Shown piece after piece: positions 17,588 through 26,586 of a DNA stretch of 64,000 bases. This DNA comes from a bacterium. GTDB taxonomy: Bacteria; Desulfobacterota; Binatia; UBA12015. Below the pieces are notes generated by a model, which saw only the letters and a program-made list of their open reading frames with translations, was not told the DNA's origin and ran no database searches. How positions within the stretch are numbered: position 1 is the stretch's first letter; the number at the start of each line of letters is the position of its first letter. Location: the NCBI GenBank assembly GCA_030430245.1, contig JAUIFY010000001.1, positions 12,878 to 76,877 on the forward strand, given 5' to 3'. The translations under genes were made by a program, and so were the position numbers.

Positions 17588-18040
17588 ATGGACGAATTCG
17601 AGGAGACCGCGTCCTCCGCGACGCGAGAGGTTCTGCTGGCGTTCTACCAGGAGAACGCCCTTCAATCGCGCAGCTACGAGCAGCAACGGCAGCTCGTCAC
17701 CGCCACGGTCGTGGTCGCCGCGGCGGTCGTGATCGGACTCGCGCCGAGGGCGGGCATGGCCGGGGTGATCTCCGGACTCTTCCTCGTGGTTCTCGGCGGG
17801 CACGGATTTCTCGCGTGTCTGCGGCACTACGAGCGCGGCCGGCTGCACGTCGAGAGGGTTCACGCGGTGCGCAAGGAGATCTCGCGGACGGTACCGGTTC
17901 TGGACCTCTACGCCGAGGCGAACGAGAAGCACGCGAAGCGCTTTCCGTTCCTCAGCGAGAAGACGGCGCGCACCAACCTCATCTGGTTGGGCCTCCACCT
18001 CGCGATCGCCACTCTCGGTCTGCTGACGATCGTCTCGTGA
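17588..18040 (+). CDS. Small integral membrane protein (2 to 3 TM), unknown function
   Basis: ATG follows ggaggtg, 18 nt after the lipoprotein stop. LVTATVVVAAAVVIGLAP and GVISGLFLVVLGGHGFLACL are TM helices. It is the last 150 aa of track ORF 16049..18040. Confidence 0.45.
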   Translation: MDEFEETASSATREVLLAFYQENALQSRSYEQQRQLVTATVVVAAAVVIGLAPRAGMAGVISGLFLVVLGGHGFLACLRHYERGRLHVERVHAVRKEISRTVPVLDLYAEANEKHAKRFPFLSEKTARTNLIWLGLHLAIATLGLLTIVS

Positions 18041-18091
18041 TGGGCGCTCCGCTCCGCGGGCACGTCGGGCGATCGCTCTCGACGATCGTCG

Positions 18092-18637
18092 TCAGTCCCC
18101 GTGCTTGCGCTCCTGGGCCGAGCGGTAGTCGCTCATCGGCTGGAAGTCCGCCTCGGGGCCGAAGTGCTTCTCGGTCGCTTCGCGGAGCTGCACCTCGTCC
18201 ATCGCGAGATCCCAGCCGTCGAGCTGGGGCTGCTTCACGTGGAAGGGGGAGTCGCAGAAGACCTCGATCCGATTCCCCTCGGGATCGCGGAAATACACGG
18301 ACCATGCGTTGCCGTGGTTCACGGGGCCGAGCTCGGAGGCCCGCCCGTCGGCCTGGAGCTTGGCGGCCATCTCCTTCACGTCGGAGAACGAGCCCACCCG
18401 GAAGGCGAGGTGGTCGAGCGTGTTGGACGGCGCTTCGTCCTGGCGGACGTTCGCGAATGCGAGCTGATGATGGTCCGATCCGGTTTGGGTCATGAAGACG
18501 ACCTGGATGCCCTCGGGATCGTTCGGATCGAGCGGGCCGCGGTCGGACACCGAGAAGCCCAGGGTTCCCGTGTAGAAATCGAGCATCGGCTCGAGGTCGC
18601 GGACGTACAGAACGGCGTGCGAAAGGCGGAGCTGCAT
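18092..18637 (-). CDS. VOC-family (glyoxalase / extradiol dioxygenase-like) protein
   Basis: MQLRLSHAVLYVRDLEPMLDFYTGTLGFSV...HLAFRV...GNRIEVF is the paired beta-alpha-beta-beta-beta VOC pattern. Confidence 0.75.
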   Translation of the reverse strand: MQLRLSHAVLYVRDLEPMLDFYTGTLGFSVSDRGPLDPNDPEGIQVVFMTQTGSDHHQLAFANVRQDEAPSNTLDHLAFRVGSFSDVKEMAAKLQADGRASELGPVNHGNAWSVYFRDPEGNRIEVFCDSPFHVKQPQLDGWDLAMDEVQLREATEKHFGPEADFQPMSDYRSAQERKHGD

Positions 18638-18660
18638 CTTGGCCTCCTTGCGTTGATTTC

Positions 18661-18694
18661 CTTGCACTTAGCGCATACTTGCACTTAGTGCAAG
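18661..18694. promoter_or_regulatory. Candidate TetR operator: direct repeat CTTGCACTTAG x2, the second copy part of the perfect palindrome CTTGCAC-TTA-GTGCAAG
   Basis: Seen in sequence between the divergent VOC gene (start 18637) and the TetR gene (start 18699): cttgcacttagcgcatacttgcacttagtgcaag. Confidence 0.5.
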
Positions 18695-18698
18695 TTTT

Positions 18699-19385
18699 AT
18701 GGTAGATCCCGTGTCGAGCATGACGGTCACGGCGGAATCGATCCCGGAGGGCCGCGTCGCCCGGCGCCGGGCCGAGGTGCGCGAACGCCTGTTGCGGGTC
18801 GCAGAGGAGCTGATGCTCGAGCGGGGCGTCGACGGCGTCACCATCGAGGACATCACCGAGGCGGCGGACATCTCGCGGCGCAGCTTCTACCACCACTTCG
18901 CGAGCAAGCATGAGATCCTGATCCCGATCGCGCGGGGACGGAGCGAAGCCCTGAATCGTCGCCTCGACCGCCTCGTCGCGTCGATCGACGATCCCGCCGA
19001 AGGCATGGCGACGGCGATGCGCCACGGGCTGCGCAGCATTCCGTCGGATCCGCTCTGTCGTTGGTTCGCCCTCCACTCGGGACTCCCCATCGAGCGTCTG
19101 CACGAAGGCTTCGGAGAGAGCGCGCTCCGTGACGTGCGCCGGGCGACCCAGGCCGGACGGTTCCACGTCGCCAACGCGGAGGCGGTTCGTCAGCTCCTGT
19201 CCGGAGCCTTCGTCGCCGTCATCACCGCCCGAGTGGACGGGCGATTCTCGGACGAGGACCTCGACGATGCCGTCGAGCACGTGCTCCGCATGTTCGGTGT
19301 CGAACGTGGGGAGGCTCGACGCATCGCGCATCGACCCCTGCCACCCCTCCCGGCCGATCCGGCCGACGAACACGAAGGAGACTGA
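18699..19385 (+). CDS. TetR/AcrR-family transcriptional regulator
   Basis: VTIEDITEAADISRRSFYHHFASKHEIL is the TetR HTH signature. Confidence 0.85.
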   Translation: MVDPVSSMTVTAESIPEGRVARRRAEVRERLLRVAEELMLERGVDGVTIEDITEAADISRRSFYHHFASKHEILIPIARGRSEALNRRLDRLVASIDDPAEGMATAMRHGLRSIPSDPLCRWFALHSGLPIERLHEGFGESALRDVRRATQAGRFHVANAEAVRQLLSGAFVAVITARVDGRFSDEDLDDAVEHVLRMFGVERGEARRIAHRPLPPLPADPADEHEGD

Positions 19386-19387
19386 CC

Positions 19388-20236
19388 ATGGCCTTTCGCC
19401 TCGGAACCAAGAACGACCGAGCCGTCCTGATCGCGAACGACGGCATCTACGATCTCGAGAAGCACGGGGGCGGGAAGTTCTCCTCCGATCCGATGGAGGC
19501 GTTGGGTCGTCACACCGAGCTGCACGCGGTCGCGTCGGGTCTGCCCGCGTCGCCCGACGAGAAGCTCGACGAGGGCTCGCTCGGGATCTGCGTTCCCCGT
19601 CCCAAGAAGATCTTCGGGATCGGCTTGAACTACCGGGCGCACGCCGAAGAGTCGAAGATGGAGATCCCCCCGAATCCGCTCGTCTTCGCGAAGTTCGTCA
19701 ACTGCCTCGCGGCCGGGAACGCCGACGTGATCGTGTTCGGGCCGACGACGGACTACGAGGCGGAGCTCGTCGTCGTGATGGGGGCGTACGCGCGCGACAT
19801 CCCCGAGGCCGAGGCGTGGGACCACATCGCCGGGCTCACGTGCGGTCAGGACGTCTCCGAGCGGGGAACGCAGTTCGCGTCGAAGCCTCCGCACTTCGAC
19901 CTGGGGAAGTCGTACGACACGTTCGGGCCGATCGGCCCGGCGGTGGTCTCGGTCGACTCGTTCGAGGATCCGGCGAACCTCGCGCTCACGTGCGATCTGA
20001 ACGGCGACCGCGTCCAGGACACGCGCACGAACGATCTGATCTTCGACGTGCCGAAGCTCGTCTCCTACATCTCCGGGATCTGCACCCTCGAACCGGGGGA
20101 TCTCATCTTCACCGGCACGCCGTCGGGGGTGGGCTTCATGACCGGAACGTTCTTGAAGCCCGGCGACGTCCTCACCACGACCATCGAGGGCATCGGCAGC
20201 ATCACGAACCACTGCGTCGCGAAGGAAGGGGCATGA
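19388..20236 (+). CDS. Fumarylacetoacetate hydrolase (FAH)-family hydratase/hydrolase
   Basis: IFGIGLNYRAHAEE...ELVVVMG...LIFTGTPSGVG are FAH-fold motifs. ATGA overlap with the downstream gene. Confidence 0.85.
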   Translation: MAFRLGTKNDRAVLIANDGIYDLEKHGGGKFSSDPMEALGRHTELHAVASGLPASPDEKLDEGSLGICVPRPKKIFGIGLNYRAHAEESKMEIPPNPLVFAKFVNCLAAGNADVIVFGPTTDYEAELVVVMGAYARDIPEAEAWDHIAGLTCGQDVSERGTQFASKPPHFDLGKSYDTFGPIGPAVVSVDSFEDPANLALTCDLNGDRVQDTRTNDLIFDVPKLVSYISGICTLEPGDLIFTGTPSGVGFMTGTFLKPGDVLTTTIEGIGSITNHCVAKEGA

Positions 20237-21707
20237 TCGACGTCGCCATCGTGGGCGGCGGGCCGACGGGGGTCGTCGCCGCCAATCTCTGTGGGCAGTA
20301 TGGTCTCTCGGCCCTCGTGCTTGACCGCGAGCCCGACGTCTACGATCTTCCGCGCGCGGCCGGGATGCACGACGACGTCCAGCGCATCCTGGGCAACGCG
20401 GAGCTCCTGGACGCGGTCTTGCCGGGCACGGTCGAGCACGTCGGCGCGGAGTTCGTCGATCGCGACGGGAAGCGGCTGATCGGCATCGAGTTCCCCGGCT
20501 TGAACACGCCGAACGGCTTTCCGCCCGTCCTCGCGATCGCGCAGCCGGAGATCGAGCGCGCGCTCCGTGGACGGCTCGATCGATTCCCGGACGTCGAGCT
20601 CCGCGTCTCGCAGGAGCTGCGCGGCTTCGAGCAGCACGACGACCACGTCGAGCTTCACGTGCACGACCTCGCGCGGGACGAATCGCGAACCGTTCGTGCG
20701 CGCTGGCTCGTCGGTGCGGACGGGGCGAGCAGCTTCGTGCGCAAGAGCTGCGGCATCTCGTGGAACAGCCTCGGCTACGATCGCGAGTGGCTCGTCATCG
20801 ACGTCGAGCGCACCGCTCCGGTCGACCTGCCGCGCTTCGCGACCCAGGTGTGCGACCCGGCCCGCCCGACGACGATCGTCCCGATGCCGCCCCCGCTTCA
20901 TCGCTGGGAGTTCCAGCTCCGGCCGGGCGAGACCCGCGAGGAGATGGAGAGCCGCGATCGGGTTTGGGAGCTCTTGCGGCCCTGGATCTCGCGTGAGCAG
21001 GCGAACCTCCTGCGTGCGGTCGTGTACCGCTTTCACGCCACGATCGCGGAGACGTTCCGGTGCGGTCGAGTCTTCCTCGCGGGAGACGCCGCACATCAGA
21101 CGCCGCCGTTCATGGGCCAGGGGCTCTGCACGGGAGTGCGCGACGCGGAGAACTCGTCTGGAAGATGGCCGCGGTGAAGGCGGGCCTCGCGACGGACGCC
21201 CTCCTCGACACCTACTCCGAGGAACGACACCCGATGGCGGTCGCGATGGTGCAGCACTCGACGAACACCGGGAAGCTCATCGACGCGTACGCGGAGATGA
21301 CGGTGACGGGGGTACCGCCACCGGACGAGCTGATCCAGTACGGGTACGGCGGCAGCAAGCAGCTCCCCAGCCTCTCGACGGGGCTGCTCGGTGCGGGGGA
21401 GAGCCGGTGGATCGGTCAGCTCGTGCCCCAGTGCGTCGTCGCGAACGGTGCGACGTCGGGGACGTTCGACGAGGTCGCCGGAACCCAATGGGTCCTTCTC
21501 GCGAGGACCGATCCCCGTGGGCTGGTTTCCGCCGACCTGCGAGGGGCCTGGGAGAAGCTCGGCGCGGCGTTCCTCACACTCGAGGATCCGAATGCCGCGT
21601 CGTTGCTCGGGGACTCCGACGTCGCACTCATCCGCCCGGATCGCATCATCTTCTCGCTCGGCCCGGACGCGCGTCTCCCCGAGCCGTTCGCGCACGCCGC
21701 GACCTGA
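20233..21707 (+). pseudogene. FAD-dependent aromatic-ring monooxygenase (PHBH/MhpA fold) interrupted by an apparent -1 frameshift near 21151..21156
   Basis: MIDVAIVGGGPTGVVAANL is the FAD motif. The frame 19129..21177 ends ...GQGLCTGVRDAENSSGRWPR*. The frame 21060..21707 continues ELVWKMAAVKAGLATDALLDTYSEERHP. Together they restore the family motif GQG..G.RDA.NL.WK.A if one base is inserted after gag-aac. Confidence 0.65.
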
Positions 21708-21750
21708 TTCTCGTTGCGTCCGGTCGGGCCGCGGCCATAGGCTCTCGGCC

Positions 21751-23553
21751 ATGACACTCCGAGCCCTGGTCGTCTCTCTCTCCCTGATCGGATTCGCCCT
21801 CACGGACGCGAACGCGAAGGTCTACCCGGTGAACACGTGCGTGAGCCGGAAGCAGCAGGAAGCAGCGAAGTACTGCCAAGCCTCGCTGCAGGCGTGGGGC
21901 AAGTGGGAGAGGAAGCAGGACGCCGCGGATCGGGACCAGAAGATCGCCGACGCCGCGACGAAGCTCGGCACGAAGTGGGTCGAGATCGAGGCGCAGTCGG
22001 CGGATCATGGTGTGGATTGCGCCGATACGACCCTCGCGTCGGCCGATGCGATCGCCACGATCGATGCCGAGGTCGCCGCGATCGTGGCGGACGTGAACGG
22101 CGGACTCGATCTCGGAGTGAAGGCCGACGCCCGGTGTGGCAAGAAGCTCCTCGCGGCGGCGGGCGCCCTGTGTCGCAAGGCGCTCTTCGCCGACGCCAAG
22201 CGCATCAAGAAGCCGAGCAAGGACGCCGACGGTGCGAAGCGCGACACGCGAGTGGACAAGGCCGTCGCCGCGGCCACGAAGGTCTTCGAGAAGCAGGTCG
22301 CGAAGGGCTGCCCGACGACCAGCGCGCCGCTCGATGCGAGCCACCCGGTCCTGACGAGCATCCGCGAGTCCATCGTCCGGGAAACCACGATCTCCCCAAA
22401 CGTCGACGATGCGCAGTTCTCGACGATCCTTCCCGTCGGCCCGATCGAGTACCTGGGGCAGCAGCTGACGCCGCGCTGTCTGAACGACGGAGCCTACCGC
22501 TACTTCGTCAAGCGCGGCAGCGTGAACAAGGTGCTCATGTACTACCAGGGCGGCGGTGCGTGTTGGGAGGGGCTCACGTGCGGCATCCCGGTCTGCGCGA
22601 ACACCGCCACCGCGGGCGATAACCCGCAGAACGCGTCGACCGGGTTCGCCGACCTCTCCAACCCGGACAATCCGTTCCGTGACTGGAACGTCGTCTTCGT
22701 GACGTACTGCTCGTGCGACATCCACTTCGGCGATTCCGAGCAGCAGTACACGCCGAGCCTCCTCGTGCAGCATCGCGGTTACCACAACGCGCGTGTGGCG
22801 GAGAAATGGGCGCGCGAGCACTTCGTCGATCCCGAAGTCGTCTTCGTCACGGGCTCGAGTGCCGGGGCCTACGGGGCGTGGTTCCACGGACCGTTGCTTC
22901 ACGACGTGTGGCCCGGTGCGCAGTTCCACATCCTGGCGGACGCGGGGAACGGCGTCATCACACAGGACTTTCTCGTGGAGTCGTTCCCGAACTGGAACTT
23001 CCGAGAGAACCTGCCGAAGGATGTCCCCGGTCTGCGGGAGGTCCTCGACTCCAACGAGGGAATCGTCGGCTACACCGAGCTCGCCGCGAGCTACTTCCCG
23101 AACACCAACTGGGCCCACTACACGACGGCATTCGACGGCGGAACGGGCGGACAGACCGGATTCTACAACGTCATGCTGAACGACAACGATCCGATCGCCG
23201 CCCTCAGCTGGTGGGAGGGGAGCTGCCAGTTCTTCGATCAGATGCTCACGCAGTCGCAGCAGACCGCGGCGCTCGTGCCGTCGAACTACCGCTACTACGT
23301 CGGAACCGGCTCCCGGCACACGATGTGGGGCAGCAACAAGGTCTACTCCGACACGACCGGCGGCGTTCCGGCGATCGTCGATTGGGTGAACGGCATGCTC
23401 GCGAGCGGCCCCGGTGCGCCGGATCCGGCGTGGACGAACGTCGAGTGCACGAACTGCGGTCTGACCCTGCCGGGCGACCCCACGCCGCCGGTGATCCCGA
23501 CGCCGCCCTTCGTGCAGCAGGGCTCGGACGTCGTCATCGACTGCGGGCCGTAG
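21751..23553 (+). CDS. Secreted pectinacetylesterase/Notum-family (PAE) esterase with duplicated Cys-helical N-terminal domain
   Basis: Signal peptide MTLRALVVSLSLIGFALTDANA. YYQGGGACWEGLTC and FVTGSSAGAYGAW are PAE-family motifs. N-terminal 200 aa has two C-x11-C ... C helical modules. Confidence 0.75.
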   Translation: MTLRALVVSLSLIGFALTDANAKVYPVNTCVSRKQQEAAKYCQASLQAWGKWERKQDAADRDQKIADAATKLGTKWVEIEAQSADHGVDCADTTLASADAIATIDAEVAAIVADVNGGLDLGVKADARCGKKLLAAAGALCRKALFADAKRIKKPSKDADGAKRDTRVDKAVAAATKVFEKQVAKGCPTTSAPLDASHPVLTSIRESIVRETTISPNVDDAQFSTILPVGPIEYLGQQLTPRCLNDGAYRYFVKRGSVNKVLMYYQGGGACWEGLTCGIPVCANTATAGDNPQNASTGFADLSNPDNPFRDWNVVFVTYCSCDIHFGDSEQQYTPSLLVQHRGYHNARVAEKWAREHFVDPEVVFVTGSSAGAYGAWFHGPLLHDVWPGAQFHILADAGNGVITQDFLVESFPNWNFRENLPKDVPGLREVLDSNEGIVGYTELAASYFPNTNWAHYTTAFDGGTGGQTGFYNVMLNDNDPIAALSWWEGSCQFFDQMLTQSQQTAALVPSNYRYYVGTGSRHTMWGSNKVYSDTTGGVPAIVDWVNGMLASGPGAPDPAWTNVECTNCGLTLPGDPTPPVIPTPPFVQQGSDVVIDCGP

Positions 23554-24100
23554 CCTCGCGACCCCTCGCCGGCTCCGGGGCCGAGTCCCGCGCCGTCGCG
23601 TGGGGAGAGAGAACGGTAGCCGAGCTCGCCGCCGAACGTGACCGGGGAGGCGTAGCCCTGGGTGGAGATGGTCGTCCTGCTTCGCCGAGAGCCGGCCGAC
23701 ACCGGCCCGAGGTGCCCATTCCTCGGCCAGTGCCCATCGCCTGGTCGCCCTCGACGTCCGCGGGACACAAAAAGGGTCCGTCGGCGCGAGGGACCGCGGT
23801 CGGCACGACGGTTGCTCTCCTTCCGCGGCGCAGCGTTCCTCGGAGCGCCGTGACCCTTCAGGCTCGACGGAAAGGAGGCAGATAGAAGCGGTTGGTCGTC
23901 CGGGCGGCGCGGTGGTGCACGCACGCCGCGCCGCCCGCCCTCTCGGCCGGTCGCTCCGCGCGCCCGTTTTCGTGGCAGGCCCGCGCCGTTGCTGCCTCGT
24001 TCTTGCACAGTACCTTCCGACTGCCCCGCGAAGAGTGAGTCGTCCTCTCGGGAAGTCCGCAGGTGTGGCCTGGTACGCTCGTTGCGACTACGCTCGACCC

Positions 24101-25600
24101 ATGGACCGGGATTACACCTTCACGAACTACGACCCGGGCGAGTTCTACGACGAGCTCTTCGACGCCGACGGGAACGCTCGCTCCGACGTCGGCCCGCTCG
24201 TCGAGCAGATCGACGCCCTCGCGCCGGGCGAGCTCGCCGAGCGGCAGCAGTCGATCGAGCGAGCGCTCCTGCGGATGGGCATCACCTTCGCCGTCTACGG
24301 GGACGAAGAGGGAACCGACAAGATCTTCCCGTTCGACATCGTTCCCCGGATCGTCTCCGGTCAGGAGTGGCTCCGGGTCGAAGCCGGCCTCGGGCAGCGG
24401 ATCCGGGCTCTGAACCACTTCATCGGAGACGTCTACGGCGCGCAGAACATCGTCCGGGACGGCGTGTTGCCCGGCGAGATCCTGAGCGAGGCGAAATCGT
24501 TCCGGGAGGTCTGTCGAGGTCTGGAGCCGCCGCGGGGGATCTGGTGCCACGTGACCGGGACGGACCTGGTGCGCGACGCCGACGGCACACTGTACGTGCT
24601 CGAGGACAACCTCCGTTGCCCGTCCGGAGTCTCCTACGTTCTCCAGAACCGTCTCCTCATGAAGCGCAGCTTCCCGGAGATCTTCCAGGCGTCGCAGGTT
24701 CGGCCGGTGATCGACTATCCCCACCGCTTGTACCGCACCCTCCAGTACCTGGCGCCCGATCACATCGACGACGCGACGATCGTCGTGCTCACGCCGGGCA
24801 TCTACAACTCTGCCTACTACGAGCACTCCTTCCTCGCGCAGCAGATGGGCGTGGAGCTCGTCGAGGGCCGGGACCTCGTGGTGAAGGACGGCTTCGTCTT
24901 CATGCAGACCACCGATGGTCTGCAGCGGGTCGACGTCATCTACCGGAGGATCGACGACGACTTCATCGATCCCGAGGCGTTTCGCGAGGACTCGATGCTC
25001 GGTGTGCCCGGGCTGATGAACGTCTACCGCCAGGGTCGTGTCGCGCTGGCCAACGCGCCCGGCACGGGCATCGCCGACGACAAGGTCATCTACGCGTTCG
25101 TTCCCGACATGATTCGCTACTACCTCGGCGAGGATCCGATCCTGCCGAACGTTCCGACGTACGTCTGCGCGCGCGAAGACGACCGCCGCTACGTTCTCGA
25201 TCATCTGGGCGAGCTGGTCGTGAAGCCCGCCAACGAGGCGGGCGGGTACGGAATGCTCATCGGCCCCCACTCCTCCGAGGGGGAGCGGGCCGAGTTCGCG
25301 GACCGCATCCGCGCGAATCCGCGCAACTACATCGCGCAGCCGACGCTCTCCCTTTCCCGGGTGCCGACGCTCGTCGGCGGTCACTTCGAGGGACGCCACG
25401 TCGACCTGCGACCGTACATCCTCTTCGGAGAAGACACCTGGGTTCTGCCGGGAGGCCTCACGCGTGTCGCGTTGCGAAAGGGGTCCCTGGTCGTCAACTC
25501 CTCGCAGGGGGGCGGAAGCAAGGACACGTGGGTGCTGGCGCTCTCGCCCGGCGAGGCGGCGGCCGCGGACGACCATCTCTCCGAGCGAACGGAGGCGTGA
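24101..25600 (+). CDS. Circularly permuted ATP-grasp type 2 protein
   Basis: [21 protein letters not shown]... has the CP_ATPgrasp_2 (DUF404/407) signature run ...[15 protein letters not shown]...VVKP...GGYGM. Confidence 0.8.
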   Translation: MDRDYTFTNYDPGEFYDELFDADGNARSDVGPLVEQIDALAPGELAERQQSIERALLRMGITFAVYGDEEGTDKIFPFDIVPRIVSGQEWLRVEAGLGQRIRALNHFIGDVYGAQNIVRDGVLPGEILSEAKSFREVCRGLEPPRGIWCHVTGTDLVRDADGTLYVLEDNLRCPSGVSYVLQNRLLMKRSFPEIFQASQVRPVIDYPHRLYRTLQYLAPDHIDDATIVVLTPGIYNSAYYEHSFLAQQMGVELVEGRDLVVKDGFVFMQTTDGLQRVDVIYRRIDDDFIDPEAFREDSMLGVPGLMNVYRQGRVALANAPGTGIADDKVIYAFVPDMIRYYLGEDPILPNVPTYVCAREDDRRYVLDHLGELVVKPANEAGGYGMLIGPHSSEGERAEFADRIRANPRNYIAQPTLSLSRVPTLVGGHFEGRHVDLRPYILFGEDTWVLPGGLTRVALRKGSLVVNSSQGGGSKDTWVLALSPGEAAAADDHLSERTEA

Positions 25601-25603
25601 GCC

Positions 25604-26581
25604 ATGCTGTCCCGGGTCGCGAACTCGATCTACTGGATGGCCCGCTACGTGGAGCGGGCCGAGAACCTGGCTCGCTTCGTCGACGTGAACCTGAGCCTCA
25701 TTCTGGACCAGCCGGCCGGGACCGAGCCGCAATGGCAGCCTCTCGTCGCCGCCACCGGAGAGAGCAAGGCCTTCGCCGAGCGCTACGGTGCGGCGACGCC
25801 GGAGAGCGTGGTGCAGTTTCTGACGTTCGATCGCAAGTATCCGAGCTCGATGCTCGCGAGTCTGGAGGTGGCACGGGAGAACGCCAGAACGGTTCGTGAG
25901 GCCATCTCCTCCGAAGCCTGGGAGCAGCTGAACGACTTCTACCACTTCGTTCGCGCGGCGGAGCGCGACGTGAAGCGAGGTGACGCGCTCTCGCAATTCT
26001 ATCAGTCGGTGAAGCAGCACAGCCATCTCTTCTCGGGCGTCCTCGACGCGACGATGTCTCACGGCGAGGGGTGGCACTTCGCGAATCTCGGGCGACTGCT
26101 CGAGCGCGCGGACATGACGAGCCGAATCCTCGACGTGAAGTACTTCACCCTCCTGCCCCGTATCGAGGCCGTGGGGACCACCGTGGACGACCTCCAGTGG
26201 TCGGCCGTTCTGCGGTCGGTCAGCGGATTCGAGGTCTACCGCAAGCGCCATCATGCGATTACCATCGAGCGCATCGTGGGCTTCCTCGTACTCGACAATG
26301 AATTCCCCCGTGCCATCCATGCGTGCGTGACCCGCGCGGACGAGTCGCTCCACCGGATCTCGGGCAGTCCGGTGGGCTCGTACCGGAACGCGGCAGAGCA
26401 GAGCTTGGGCCGCCTTCGCTCCGAGCTCGACTACTCCGACGTCGCGACGATCGTCGACATGGGCTTGCACGAGTTCATCGACGGCCTGCAGACGCGGCTG
26501 AACCGCATCGACGAGAACGTTCGCTCGACGTTCTTCGCCCCGCGCCCCGTCGCGGTGCAAACGCAGCGCGCCTGGAGCTGA
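25604..26581 (+). CDS. Alpha-E domain protein (DUF403)
   Basis: MLSRVANSIYWMARYVERAENLARFVDVN... is the canonical alpha-E N-terminus. It lies 4 nt after the ATP-grasp stop. Confidence 0.8.
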   Translation: MLSRVANSIYWMARYVERAENLARFVDVNLSLILDQPAGTEPQWQPLVAATGESKAFAERYGAATPESVVQFLTFDRKYPSSMLASLEVARENARTVREAISSEAWEQLNDFYHFVRAAERDVKRGDALSQFYQSVKQHSHLFSGVLDATMSHGEGWHFANLGRLLERADMTSRILDVKYFTLLPRIEAVGTTVDDLQWSAVLRSVSGFEVYRKRHHAITIERIVGFLVLDNEFPRAIHACVTRADESLHRISGSPVGSYRNAAEQSLGRLRSELDYSDVATIVDMGLHEFIDGLQTRLNRIDENVRSTFFAPRPVAVQTQRAWS

Positions 26582-26586
26582 GCGTC

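Noticed and set aside
15900-19373. ORFs 15900..17069 minus, 16049..18040 plus (N-part), 17521..18495 plus, 17979..19373 minus
   Set aside because: Arg-rich shadow frames. The real genes are the short ones documented in features.
23912-24100. In-frame GTG N-terminal extension of the first ATP-grasp gene
   Set aside because: The extension is Arg/Ala-rich and unlike family N-termini. [12 protein letters not shown] at 24101 matches the usual start.
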